A stretch of DNA of 64,000 nucleotides from Acanthaster planci (Eukaryota). Shown here piece by piece: positions 1-13,597 of this stretch (positions are counted from its first letter, which is position 1; each line of letters begins with the position of its first letter). The notes below the pieces were generated by a model. It was not told the DNA's origin. It did no database searches and was given only the letters and a program-made list of their open reading frames with translations. Location: the NCBI RefSeq assembly GCF_001949145.1, contig NW_019091355.1, positions 804,083 through 868,082 of the forward strand, written 5' to 3'. A program made the translations under genes and the position numbers.

Positions 1-2709
1 ATAGTCCAGAATGTAGCAGATGGACAGGGAACCAGCATACTTTGTGTCAAGTTGTAGGCAAAGAACAACCTTTCCTGGTCTGCATTCTTGAACGTAAAGG
101 GAGTGAACATGTGAACCAGTGTAATTACCGTTCACTCTCCCTCGTCGCCAGGCTGTACAGCGCCCTCAGTAGTATGTGCACATGTCTATAGAACAGTTCT
201 ACAGGGATTAATATGTATAGAACTGTGTTGCAGACTGCCATTCGTCATCACTGGGTGAGGTACAATAGCACTCTAGTCCTATCCAAGCTCTGTGGCCTCA
301 GTAAGATTTCCTTCTGATCACCAAGACTGGCATGTACATGTACATCTGGGAATAGCTAGCCTGGGCCTTAACCTCTCTACTCTCTGTGTGTCCCATTATC
401 TCTCTTGTCACAGCGAGTCAAGGCTAACCTTCGGCTCCTTGAAGCCTTATTGTCCAAGCGCATAGAGTACACATAGTGGTCGTGGTGTTAAAGTGACTGT
501 GTTTGTAGTTTCCCAGTTCTTTGCTTCTTGTGGTGAGACTTTTTTCCTCCATCTGTTTTTCTTGCATGCCGCAGTGCCGTTTTGTTTTGTCTGTCTTTAG
601 TTTAGCGCGCATCCCACAAGGGTTATTTTTTGTTGCTGACCATTAACCCTGCACAAGTATGAAACAAGTGGTTCTCCATATGTCTTTGATCGGAATTTAA
701 CTTTTGAGCTGATTTCTGCACCTTACAAAGCTAGCAACCTGTGCTACTCTTTAATGTGACCTGCCAGCATACATGTAGCTAGATTGAGTATTTATATAGC
801 AGAGATATTTGTGACAATTGATTTGCTGCCTTTTGCCTCTGCACTTAGTTACTTCTGTCAGTAGGAAAGTCTCCGTTCCCCCATTCAAATAAATAAATAA
901 ATAAAGAATGCTCTAACATTTTGACACACAGCTAAATGACAGACATTTCCCTGTACGGAATAATTTTGTTGCCACACATGCCTTTTCTCAACTTATCCCA
1001 TTAACCTTCTATCTGTTGCAGTGCACTTAGTTTTTACAAATGTTTTTGCCTGCATTCATCCTCGCTGCATGTGACCAGCACGCAGAAAAACCTGCACTCT
1101 TTCAGTTTATTGTTTCGAACAGTTCTTAAAAAAACAATTGTCCTATTTCCTCAAGTTATGTTTGACAGCAAACCTGATAACCCATATCGTTCCCAAGTCA
1201 GACAATAAAACTGTGCCGTCGGTTTACTTCCTAAGAATTTGAAGGAGTCAGAAAGCTTTCTTGTTACAATGTCGAAAGAGTCAGGTGCAACTGCAAGTTG
1301 TTTATAAATGTGACATAATTCTAAGCAGTCCACACTGTGTCATGTGCTCTTCCTCCATGGGAGTTGGAGGTTTACTGTATTGAAATAAAACCTGGAAAAG
1401 TGAGACATACTTTGGAGATTCTCCGGGCGTTTTTTTGGTATAAAAATGATCGCATGGCTAAGTATTAGACCTGTGGCCATTTAAAAATGCATGCAGGCCT
1501 CACAATCCTCGTCACATCATCTCATCTCCATCATCAGACTCCTTGTTTTTCACCTCACCTCACCCACCTCCCCATTGTCACATGGTTTGTTCTCACAGAG
1601 CTATTTTCGCAGCAAGGCAGCTGCATGCTACATTGTTCACTAGTGGCAACGTAACCGTGGCAAACAGAGTCACCAAACAAGATATTACCAGTAAACACTT
1701 TGTGTTTGTTTGTTTGTTTTTTCATTGGGCAGCATGTCAAGAAGCATCTTAAGCTGCTCGAAGCGCTGGTCGCCAAACATCGAGTCCAGGCCTCCTCTCT
1801 ACCGGAAGAACTGGTTCTCGCTGACTTATAACAGGAGCTCAGTTGCTTTCCTGTCATGGAAAGATGCTTCAGGTTTTGTGCACAGTCTGTTGAAAAATTA
1901 GCAATGTTCCATTCCACAATCAATGATGCCCTCAAGCATTGTAAAGCTTTCTGGGGATGTTTGCAAGGATTCAGAGGGTCTTGCAACTAGACTCATCTCC
2001 ATGCCACATAGTGGTCTGAAATTGCATTGCACCTGAAACCAATACAAGGTACCATTCTGTGGACATCCCTAAGAGGGTGACATGACCCTCTAGTGTTAAA
2101 AATACACAGAATACTGCTCCTTGTAAAGACTTCACGCCACTTCCTACTGTTTGAAACAAAGCAGATCGCTGTCTTACAAAACGGATGGAGATTTTTTGGA
2201 AACACATGTCAGGAACCAATCCACTTGTTATGCGTCTGAGTTGCTAATAAAATCCAGCAAGCCTTTTTTTTCCATAAATGATCTTGTGCCTGCAGTTCGT
2301 GCTCATTTGCAGCTTCAGCATTAATGCTGACATCAGCTGTGTGTTATAAATTACCATGGCAACTAAAAAGCAGTGTAAAGTTGTATGGATAAAGTTTATG
2401 TTGCCTTTATTAAGCTCAGGAAGTCACCTACGCATTGCATCCAACATTGTAGCAAAATCAGTTTAGGTTCCAAACTCAAAGAGCTATGCAGCTGGTTGTC
2501 TTTTGTTCTATATTAAACAGTTCACGTTGTACATTGGCTGTAGTGTAATCCTCTTCACTACGGTTGGAGATTCTTGTAAGGACAATGGAAGATATCTGTC
2601 TGTAATCTGACAATCATTTTGGCACCAAATCCTGTGCCTTGAGATTTTTTGTAATTTCTCAGTCACTCAATTTTAAAAGTCCAATTTTAAGTGACAGTTG
2701 TATTGCTAC

Positions 2710-2853
2710 AGAGCTAAAGTACTAGATTAGTACTTCAGAGGTAAAGTACTTGATGTGATAGTACTGCACTGTTAAGGTTCAAGGTAAGTACTGTAGAGCT
2801 AAGTACTAAAGATAAGCACTATAAAGGCAAAGTACTACAGATGTGAAGCACTA
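2710..2853. repeat. Degenerate tandem repeat, ~9 units with an AGTACT/AGCACT core
   Basis: Recurring (A)AGTACT cores with roughly 11-27 bp spacing. Confidence 0.6.
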
Positions 2854-4528
2854 AATTAATATGAATAGTTCAGAATTTCTTTGTGTTGTTGCAGATATCA
2901 GGGTGAATCCAAAATTGAACAGACAGCTCTTTCTCAAAAGCACTATTTTGTACGAAATTTGGAGATTCTTTTATTTATTGAAGCAAGTTCCAGGGAACTC
3001 TTGGCAAATTGTTCCAGAAGTGCTCAAGATGCCTAGTGCTGTAAGCAGGAGTTTTGGAGTTCCGAACTCTTTTCCCTATGTGATTTTTTCTCCTTTCTTT
3101 TCTCCCTATACGAAGCAGCCACAAAGTCTCTGAGAATTGCCACATGTCACAGTTGTTGGTCTGTTGCAGGCAATTTTTAACGATGGCTTACCAAAGGGAT
3201 TCCAAAAGTGTTAAGCTTTTTTCGGGCATATAAATGGTTTTTGTCAGGGCTTGAAGAGAAAGTATTATGTACAGACTGAAACAGATTGTTGTTGGTATGT
3301 TAGAAAACAAGTTCATCGTCAGCGAGAACTGAGTTGCTTTGTTTGAGAAAGTTGTGTACTAAAAGGGACCATAACTGAGTCCGGGGGAAATGAGTACTGT
3401 TGTTAGTTACTGATATATTGAACTGTGTGATGTGACATTGTGATTGAAGGACTTTTAAGGCCTCTTCTTGAGTGTTGCCTGTCATGGAAATCTGTCAGAA
3501 TTAGTTGTTTTGCATGTGTTGGAAGAATTCGTTAAGACGAGACAAGACACTGCCACCATGAAGTGCAAAAAGTGAAAACAATGTTTTATCTGAGAAATGT
3601 TGCAAAATGAACATTTTTCAAGATGAGTACTTTGTACATAAGAGATTTTTTACGAAGAGTTTTCACTGTATTAGAATTGTTTAAGAAAAAAGGAAAGAGA
3701 AATTTGTTGTGAAGAACAAAATAATCAACAAATTGAAGTTGTTTTTGTAAGATGTGATTTTGGTACTTAATTCATGAAAGTAAGTAGTTCAAAGGTTTGT
3801 GGAAGTTGCACATTTGGCAGAATTTGATTACAGTTTTAATGAGGCTTAATCCAACCAATCACAGCATGGTGTGCGATCAAAAATCAATATGAGGCCATTT
3901 TTTGCAGTGCATAATGGAGGAAAGTGGACATCTATTTGTAGCCAACTGCAAAATATCATTCATTCATGCACAATGCATAATCTACCAAGTGGTTAATTTA
4001 ATGAGGATTGGCACAGCTTAAAGCTAGAACATTTTTCTGCTGTCGACTTCCAGAGGTATGTGTTTACGCATGGCACCAAAATGTGCATGTTAAGTGAAAA
4101 CAGCGACAGGTGTATAGATAGATAGAAATGCATGCAAGATAGCAACCCTAAAGTTGAATATTGACCTCATTTACGACGACTTGGCAGAGCACTGTGAATT
4201 ACAAATGGCCAAACTAAAACACAAGTTTGAAGGCTCTCAAACAGAAAGTTTTTATCTGTATTCAACAAACATGTTGAAACCCATTTGTGAAAGTTGTGAT
4301 CAAATCAAAGGCTTTATCCAGGGCCATCAAATGACCTTCCCATTGTTGGCCTTGTACATGTGTGAGCGGTTTTTATGAAGTTGGGGGGGCATTGTGGTAT
4401 CCCAGTCATTTCCAGGATGTCTGTACTTCCAATTAAAAATTCTAGGACAAAATCGTTGCAACCTAGGCTACCCTGGATGAAGGAAATTGGTGGCTGGCCC
4501 TCCTGTGTGTCTTGACTCGTTGGATTAA

Positions 4529-4626
4529 CCATTTAAGGCCTGCTGTTGGATAGGGCTTTGAATATGTCGATTACTGGACAACCGCAGCCCAGCAGTCATG
4601 GTCAAAACAATCCCGGCATTAAGGGG
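4529..4626. mobile_element. Degenerate piggyBac-like MITE
   Basis: TTAA flanks (4525-28, 4627-30); imperfect TIRs CCATTTAAGGCCTG / CCGGCATTAAGGGG. Confidence 0.35.
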
Positions 4627-6341
4627 TTAAATGTTAGGCAGCTTTCGTGTAACATCCTGTTCAGATGGAAATATGACCTTTGAATTTTTTTCAGGACATT
4701 TTGTCCATTTCCATCGTGCACCGAGGTGTGAGGTGCATTTCTCGTGTCAGTAAGGGTATTAAATGTGTTCTCTGATATGTGGTCCGGGTGGTGTGATCAG
4801 TGGGAAGGGATCACCCTCCCTTGGCTTACATGAGCTGTATGTCGCCCTCTGTCGTGCTACACAGGTGTAATAAGTTGTTCAAGTGGGTGTTCTGTCCTAC
4901 TGGCCAGAGATCACGTATCCCTCGAGATCAGCATCAAGTTGATCGTAACACTTTCAGTTTCCAAAATCAGGAAAGCGAGTAGAAATTTCTACTTGATGGT
5001 AAAAAAGTTTGTTCCAACTGAAGGTTACCCATCTTGAACAATAATTAGTTTTGTTTTGGTGACAGCCCAAAACAGGATTTCCTTTCTCATACAGTGCCAT
5101 GTACTGTTACAGTTCATCTCTGACCCCAAGCACAAGGCTAATCTCCCCTCCCCCCACATTGGCATCTACTGATATTCAAGATTAAGAAAGGGGGGGCGGA
5201 AGTATGAATAGAAGAAGACAACCAGGCTAAGGGGAAGACAGCAGGGCATGAACATGTATTGCAATGCCTGTGACAATATTTCTAAAATTCTGGTTATGGC
5301 TTTGACTAAGTGTCCTACTTTCAAGCTCTGAAGCTTGAATCAACTCAAATTGAGTAGCTATGGCTTTGAGCCATAGTCTTTCATGTAAAGGATTATAGCC
5401 ACAGGCTTACAATGACATATCCACATATTGAACCTACTACCATGTACATGAATTCAAGAATGTGCCCAGGTGAGTCAATTGAAGCAAAGAGTTTCCAAGT
5501 CCCTGGATTTGACTTATACCAAACCTGGGAACGCTACAAAACTATTTAGTACTGTTAGAAATTATAGTGTGTAGTGCCCTTTGTGACCAAAATTCAGATT
5601 TATATGTAAACAAAATTGTTGGGTAATGTGCAGTTGTGAATATTGTATTGTACACATGTAAGATAACAGAATTCAAGCCTTTTTGAGCAAGCCTCTTTAA
5701 AAGCTGTGTACAAAGTTTTGTTTTGTTGCATTGGAAAGAGAAGTGTTTGTTCAGTAGTTGTAACTTCAAGTCACCTCTTTCCACTTCTTATTTTTGGTGC
5801 ATTTTGTGAAGTCTTTACCACCAATGTAAGTGAACTGTTCAAGAGAAGGCAGATTTGGCCACTTGTCTATTTTTCAATAAAATCAGCCAAACGGATCATG
5901 TTTTGCATTTTCTTGTCTTATCCTTGAGATGATGTGTGAGGCACTTTTGGTTTGGGGGAAAAATGGGATACCAGATATCAGAAATTTGACACTAAAAAAA
6001 AAAATTGCAAACTGCTTGCAGTGGCTAGACTGAGTGCAAACTTAGTCCTCTAATGCACGACGTAGCTGCTCGGTATAAAAGTAGTTTTTGATTGTGATTT
6101 TGATTGTATTTGAAAAATTCCCCTGATACAAATTATTCTGCATGCACATTCTTCACAAGTGTTATTTCAAAATCAAAATACAGTGTACATGTATTTGGCA
6201 TTGAATATATATGTATGAAATTATAAGATATAGAATATAAGATTGCAAAATAGCAAGCGGGTGCTCTTACCCAAACAACTTGTCAAAAATGTAGTTTGGG
6301 TTGACTTTATTTGCAGTTGCCATTTAAACACTATTCTTGCT

Positions 6342-6410
6342 TTCCACCTGTGTGGCCCGGGTTCAAACCCCTCTCCACCTGTGTGGCCCGGGTTCGAACC
6401 CCTCTCCACC
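6342..6410 (+). repeat. Tandem ~32-bp duplication within a tRNA-derived SINE fragment
   Basis: TCCACCTGTGTGGCCCGGGTTC(A/G)AACCCCTC occurs twice; similar to the B-box region of the SINE at 35400. Confidence 0.65.
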
Positions 6411-7399
6411 ATACTGACTGGGCTTTCAAAGCCTTCATGTAGGTATCTGCACCCATATCCTTTTCCTTTCTACAGTTTTACTAACCAGCATTATACTAAT
6501 TTCCTTTGATGATTTACCGTTGAACAATCTGGATAATATCTAACACAGACTTCAGGGGCAAGTTCAGCTTGGTAGCTTTCATGATCCTCTAAAGTCCTCC
6601 GTCATGTCCGTTGTGAAAGGAACTAATGGCACTTTCTTTATCTTTAGAGGATATCTAGGGTAATAATGGCCAGGCTCCACTACGCTCTTCTCTTCTCAAT
6701 CCAGCAAAATTCTCCTGAACATCCTGGGGTTGATGTGATAGAAAAAAAATTCCTGCCAAGGCTAAATTACGGTATATGTACGGCACTCGGAAATAGAAAG
6801 CCAAAGTTGCAAGTACCAGCATCAACATACAGTGTACATGTAGTCTGTGTGCAATATTTGTCTACAAGGGTAGTACTGAATGTAGGTACACACATATAAA
6901 AATATCCTGCTATAGCCTAGTATCTTCAAGTGCCAAATTCATTCCAAAGATTGAATTGGTAAGAAGGAAAAGTTACAGAACAATGGATACTGGATTGTAA
7001 ATACATCAAGCTAAGTTAACAAAATAAATGTAAGACTTCAGTTTTTGGCACAAAAATTTTAAGGACGAAAGTACTTGAAAAGTAGTCGGCTGGATACTTT
7101 TTGAATACTGTTTTTAAAAAAATGAATTCCTTTTCCACAGTGATGATTTAAATTTATCTTTTTTATCATCTTGCATTTATGCAGCTACCATCCAAGGATT
7201 TCGGCTTTGTTCCCTCTAAACCAGTTCACTATTTGAAAGTAAACTTGGTACTTAACACTTGGCAGAAAGGTACTGTACTTGCCTACATCACTAAAAATCA
7301 ACACTGCTGTGTTTCTTAATTAGCAGCACATGCAATTACATTCACCCAAAGTTGCTGGCAATGAAAGTTTGACAATTCAAGAAAACATACACTTGACAT

Positions 7400-7912
7400 G
7401 TTTGCGTGACAAGGCCGTCTTGTGGCATACATATCACTTAACTACTTTAGGATAAAATTACCTTTTTCAAAATAAACAAATTAATTTTTTTTTCTCTAGC
7501 TGAAATATGACACATTTAGAATGGAAGCAAAAATTTCAATACAAAGCAAAAAAGCAATAAGCAAGGTCGTGGTGTCATAAAATACAATTCACACATCCAT
7601 ACGGTACTCGACTGGAACACTGTAAATATCGGCACTACTGACGTTTCTAAATTAGACTACGTGTCATCAACTTTGAGAAAGTTACTGGCATAGGAATATA
7701 TGACAATTAATAACTAAACGCTTAACCTTGCTTGCATGACGAGGCCATTTCGTGGCATACATATGACTTGACTACTTTACGGAAAAATTACCCTTTCAAA
7801 ATAAAAAACCTCAAATTTCCATTCTTTGGCTGAAATAACACACACTAAAATGGAAGCAAAAATTTGATAAAAATAGTAAGCAGGGCTTTTTTTAAAAATA
7901 CAACTCGCACAT
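7400..7912. repeat. Diverged direct duplication (~200-bp units at 7400-7595 and 7730-7912) downstream of MINPP1
   Basis: Shared blocks GTGGCATACATAT.ACTT.ACTACTTTA, AAAATTACC.TTTCAAAATAAA, GCTGAAATA, AATGGAAGCAAAAATTT, AAAATACAA.TC.CACAT. Confidence 0.75.
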
Positions 7913-8265
7913 AATTATAGACTATTACAAAAATTTTGAACTCCACTAAATGACACACATTTCTCAAATGTCCCAAAATAATAAGCGACTATAATATATC
8001 AAGCTAAAATATTTTGGAGAATATACATATATGTATTAAAAGGTAATGGAAAATATGATTTTCATGCAAGCTTTTGGTTTATAGCACCTATGCAAACTAT
8101 TATAAGTTTAACCAAAATATGAGTTTTATTTACAACATACACGTATGTTTTTCTTTTTTGGTGGTTTAATACATTAGTAAGTTTCATATTTGAGCTCTGT
8201 CCAGCAAGTCAATGTTGTCATCATTTTATTGCGAGTTATTTTAAACAATCCAGTGTTTTGTTGAC

Positions 8266-11159
8266 TTAATCAAACCTGGTGAAAGACAGAGCTATCAAAG
8301 CAACATAAGCCAGAAGGAAATTTAAACAGACAGAGTAAGTTATGTCAGCCCCACTGTCCGGTTGTTGCGTCGTGACTTCCAATAGAACCTCAGCGCATTC
8401 CTCGGTAAAGTTGCATGTGCCGATTGCCCTTTCAAGCCCTGTCCGGAATTCCTCCAAGGAGCAGAATTGACCATTGCAGAAATCCAGCTGTACAGGACTC
8501 TCGTTGAGGAGGGTTTGTACCCGGAATGTCACCGCAGAGTCAGAGGTGCAGCCGTACAAAGCAAATGCCACATTGCCTGCAAACGGCGACATGTGCGCAG
8601 CACGAAAGGTCCGATTGATGTTCTCTCGAAAGTTGGAAGCGACGAGTGGTAGAGGGTCGTCAAAGAGGCCCAGGAGTGCCACGAGGGGCACAATTGTTTC
8701 GGAATGTGCAAATTTGAAGTTGCCAAGAGGAGATCTGAAAAGTTTAACAAAACTTCCTGATGAGACCACTTACTGAACACAAAAAAAGGGATGCTGTTTT
8801 GCCCAAATGACTTTTTATGAAAATTCTGCTTCAAAGTCTGACAACTTCAAACCTAAATTTGTCAGTTGAAATGAAAATGGAAAGAAGGTAAACTGGTCCT
8901 TCAAATTTCAACCAAGATAAGGATGAAACCACATCCCACCCCCTCCACATCAGCCCATACCTCAAAGTCAAGCACTCACATGAGCCTCACATGCAAGTCA
9001 CATTTGCTGGTGGGTTTAGCATTTCTGCAAACACTTTATGAAGGATGCAAATATTGAATACATGTTTGTGGCCCCTGTTAGGTTTGCCTACACTACAATT
9101 ATTTATTTTTTTGGACAAACACTGGCTCATCCCTCGGAATTCAATGCTGTTTCTTTCCACGATGGTCCTTGTTTATTTAAGGTCAAGTTCTCATGAACTT
9201 ACTCCAACTCTACATGCATTCTTCAAGTTTGGTATGTACAGACCCATAGTTTGTCCTAGCCTACAGATGCCCTTTACCCTTACCAATTTCCCCCAAGCCT
9301 GCTGGGGTGTTGCCCTAGCCTCAAACTGAACCTTTGTCCACCCATCCTGTGAAAGCTCTCAGTTAACACCAATTAAAATTAACTTTCAGATTTACATCAC
9401 TCAGACAGGAACAAAATCAGACAAAAAAGCTGTGGCTGACAGCACGTCAGATAACTAATTATGCAGAACATTATAATTCGGAAGCCCTGAGAGCTACAGC
9501 GTGCTCATGGCATGCATACCATCACACATAGATCAGAAGCTAATTAGTTTTTTTAATTGTGCACAGAAAACATATTTACTCAAAGTCACAACGACTGTGC
9601 CTGTTGATGGGATGATATTGATATTAACATAAAAGAAAAGAAATGGGTGGGGGCAGTGATGTGACTCGTTAATTTCAATTTGCCTTAAGTCTGGACTTTC
9701 ATCTGCATCCGCAATTCTACAATACTTGCTTCCATAACAAACTGGAATTTTTAACAAATGCTTGTTTTGTACTATATGCAAATATCATTATTCACTGAGG
9801 TTTTAGTAATAATACTTTTCATTGCTAGCAAATACTGTTCCCAACAATTCACTTGGAATTGCATGGCTCTTGGAGTTCAAGGGAAATATCTCTTGGATTT
9901 GGAGCTGGAAATTGGGTCTGGTACTTACTGCAAAGGGCTATTAACCCTGTCTTGCAGGTAGTTGAGTGCATCTTGAGCAAGTGTACAACTGATTCTGTAG
10001 TTGATGCTAAACCCATAAGCTTTGTTCCAGTAATTCTTCAACTCGGAGTGGTATTCTGGGGCGTAGAGGTCTTCCAATTCAAACAGTTTACACCAGGTTT
10101 CAGTGTCATTGTATAGGGCACGGTCATAACCACACATTTCAGAGAGCAAGATCACTTCCTCTGTAAAAAGAAATATTATTGACACGATAATTTGATTTAC
10201 ACTGTCTTTAGCCTATTTATAAACTCAGAAATGTTGGGTGTGATCGGTGGCAGTGCACAATGGTTTTGCAGAGTTTTCAGAATTATACTTAATTTTTTTT
10301 TTATCTTACCTCTGGAAATGTCCCAAGTACCTTCTCCGGGGCCTGCTAGCTCCTGAGCAACTCTCAGCCAAACTTCCCCGATCTCTGGCCCGTCTCTGAA
10401 CTCGTTTTGCTCTCGTTTTGTCCGCCCACCATTCACAGCCTCCGTGCACTCCTCCCAGATATCGTAAAACCTCAACAGTGGGTCATTATCGATAGGATTA
10501 TGCGGCACGGTTGTCGAAGTTGGGGTTGGACTTCCAGCATTTTCGGTACACCGGACGGTGAAGGCCCTCTCGGAGTAGTTGGTCTGGCAAGTTTGGTCAT
10601 CTCCAACCACGCCTTCGATGTAACCCCGAGCGCTATCGATGGTGCGTGTCTTCCCCGTGCTCTGGAACGAGTAGCGGCCCAGGTCGACATCGGAGTCCGG
10701 GAACAGCTCAGGGAAGCGATTCTTCAGTCTGCCCGCCAGTTCTCTCATCTCACTCCACCCTGAATCGGCTAGCATAGATGCATTGGATATTGGGACCTCA
10801 GTCACATTCCGGAGGTACTGAAATTCGGGATTGACGTCCGTGCTTCGAAGCCGCTCGATGATGTTATGCACATCTTCGAGGTCCCCATCGCTCGGGTAGC
10901 GAGTGCCGTGTCGGTAGACGGTATACACACCGTATGGTGTGCAGTTATCCAGGCCTTCTGGTACGCTGGCTCCGGTCGATTCAGCCAATTGCAACCAATG
11001 CAATTGACTGTTTCTTATGGAATCAGTGGTTTCCAAAGACAGATCGTAGCCAGTTTTGGTCGCATAGAGTGGAACTGTATTACCAACTGGTCCACAGAGT
11101 GTCAAAAGAGGAAAGAAGATGAGACGAAAGATTGACAGTTCTACTTGCAACACGTCCAT
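8266..11159 (-). CDS. MINPP1: Multiple inositol polyphosphate phosphatase 1 (histidine acid phosphatase/phytase family), 3 exons, ~516 aa
   Basis: Exons 11159-10310, 10160-9929, 8734-8266; GT-AG, phases 1 and 2, total 1551 nt in frame. Hydrophobic N-terminal leader followed by ATKTGY, catalytic RHGTRYP, KNYWNKAYG..INY..SC block, and FAHSET proton-donor motif (HAET in vertebrate MINPP1). Confidence 0.93.
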
Positions 11160-11995
11160 TGCAAAAGGTTGGCGGTGACCAAGTGGCTCGCTAGCGCTAG
11201 TTACTTCGCAGCGCAGCACGCGTACGTCAGACGAGTATATGGATAGATCAAGCATAGAGCTACAACCCAGCTCTATGGATCAAGCTTGGAACTAGCTCCA
11301 TTAAAATAAAATGGCGCCCTCATACGTTGGATCATCAACATCGATCATTATCATCGCTGCAAAAAAAATCCAGGCGCGCACAATTCCCGCTGTCTGTATT
11401 AATTTTCCCTTAAATTGTGGTCAGAAAGAACCAAAATAAATGGCTAATTTATTTCTTGAAAATTGAAACATTGTTCCCTTTTTCATTAAGTCTTAGAAAC
11501 TGTCTCTTTTCTTTCAAAGTTGTGAAGTAAACCCAAAGCCCTCGCAATTCTTGACAGCCCCGCCTCTTTAAATCATAGAGCAAGGACATAAACTTACTCT
11601 CTGTTTCAATAGACATCTGTACCTTTTTTCCAAAATAATTTGTAACGATTCCCTTATTATCGACAACAAAACATGAATAAATAAATAAAGATAGGAGGAG
11701 GGCTGTGAAGTTATAAATAGCACACACATCATTTCCACCTGCCGATGATTATAAAGTGACTGGTTCCCGCAGCATGCGCAGTAAATTTAAGGGATGAACG
11801 TCACCGACACCTACGAAGTGACCAATGATGGCGGCGTCCGTGAGTGATGTCCGACACTTCAGTCTGAGCGGACTTTGACATGACGTTTAACCACACAGAG
11901 GCATAGGTTTTTACGGTAGCCAGCAAAGTTGAAGACTTTCTTATTCGAGAACTTATTCAAGTATTTTGCCAGGGTAAATCGTCTGTCAAACGGTA
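11160..11995. promoter_or_regulatory. Probable bidirectional promoter between MINPP1 (-) and STAMBP (+), including a probable non-coding STAMBP exon 1
   Basis: Divergent gene orientation; CpG-richer patches; YY1-like AAAATGGCG (~11308) and GATGGCGGC (~11827); NRF1-like GCATGCGCA (~11772); splice donor CG|GTAAGA at ~11993; acceptor at 13593 just before the STAMBP ATG. Confidence 0.5.
11246..11284. mobile_element. 25-bp DNA-transposon remnant (CATAGAGCT...AGCTCTATG) flanked by a 7-bp direct repeat GATCAAG
   Basis: Perfect 9-bp terminal inverted repeat at 11253-11277; GATCAAG at 11246-11252 and 11278-11284. Confidence 0.55.
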
Positions 11996-13597
11996 AGAAT
12001 GTAGGTAACAGCCTAAACAGGACAATGAGGGCCGAAAAATGCAGCCAACATGGCCAACCAACCTAGCCCCAGTTGTGTGGCACGGACTCTCACTCCCGCT
12101 CCATCCTTAGCCACACATCCGCATACGCAATTTCGCGTCGGCGCACTGAAAATTTTCGGTGCACCCACTTATCATTGTGGGCACAATTCCTTTTGCACAC
12201 AGGGATGATCCTTAACTTCTCCGCTTTCTTAGCGCCATTTATTGAATGATTTCACTCAACGTTCTCAACCATGATGGCATGGATGGGGGAATTTGTTCTT
12301 ATCCCTCCGTGGTCCAACCAACCCCCCATCATGACCATCATGGCCATGCCCGCTCTGTATTCTAGCATTGCGCTTATAGTGTAATTTGACAACCAGAAAT
12401 AGAAGCCATTACTGCGGTGGCACAATCACGACAATGCTCGTGGATCATCATGTGAGGATAGGTGATGTGCTCGTGTTATGGGGTATAGAGCAGACATCCC
12501 TAGATTCTCACAAAATGGCAAGTACCGTGCCAGTGAAAACAGCCACCATGGTGACATACACATGCAAAAGCCAGTCCGAGGATCGGGTTACACAATCTTT
12601 TCTTCGATCAGGACGAACGCTCACGTTCACTGCAGTTGTTGTCATCGGCGCGGTATGGTTGCTACCCACACACTTGCGTCAAGCTGAAGAACATGCGTGT
12701 GATTGCCACCGCAGTTAGGGTGTCAAATTGGATTAGTTTAAATAAAGGCCTATTTCTCCATGGTCCGAGTAACCTAGACCCACGAATTTCCTTTTTAAAC
12801 ATTTGGACATGGTTGGGCAGTCACCCAACTACATCATGTACATATAGGCCAACAGTATGTCTATGGAGGAAGGAATAGCCTTCCTTCATGGTATGTCCCA
12901 ATCATCGCATTATCAATCATCAAACAGCATTGCTGGTCTTGCTGGTTTTCAGGTTGTGTACAAAGTCTACATAGAACTATAAATGTAGGCCAATTCAGTG
13001 TTTTTTGACAAAAGTAAAATTGTTCCCATCAAGTTGTCATGATTGTGCAGCACAGTAATTGTTCAGGAAATGTTCCACAGATTGTGTAAAGATCGAGAGA
13101 TTTCAGAAATCGACTGATTGTGCCCAACATATACAGGTACATACATGTACTTCCTACCCTAACAGTCCTAAATCCTCCAATTTCAATATGATTTTACATA
13201 CACCCTAGGGAGTCAGGGTCAATAATGGAATCATTTACATAAGTCACCACTGTTGGGATTATTTTACTAAGTACTGAAATTTTTTAGTTTATTACAGATG
13301 TCATTATCATGATTATCGTCATTTCGGGCAGAAGAGTTAGGGCAGTGGAGTCAGTGCCCACTTTTTCAACTGGGGGACATGACCCTCCTTCATTGCACAT
13401 TTGACAGGTCTTTTAATGGGATGGGGCTTTTTGGATCGGTCTATGACTGACATGACTGATGTCTGATGGTCTCACAACTCCCCTCCCCTCCTAATAATTG
13501 TTTTGTCACTTTCGATTGTCATGGATGGCTGTCATGGTAAGGAGGATGAATTTTTTAATTAAATTTAGGTTTTTTTCTTGTAATTGAACTCAGGAAG

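Noticed and set aside
2710..2853. CRISPR-like repeat-spacer array
   Set aside because: Eukaryotic context, core only 6 bp, no unique spacers of regular length, no cas genes.
1..8200. Short ORFs (e.g. 1555-1986, 143 aa; 2861-3133) in the first 8 kb
   Set aside because: No recognisable domain and no consistent exon chain. The region looks like UTR/intergenic sequence, possibly a long 3'UTR of a gene outside the window.
8735..8834. ORF-track starts and upstream acceptors for the last MINPP1 exon
   Set aside because: Acceptors at ~8773 and ~8769 give the wrong frame; only TTTTCAG|A at 8734 joins in frame.
12386..12878. Overlapping ORFs in the presumed first intron of STAMBP
   Set aside because: No homology-like motifs or supporting splice structure.
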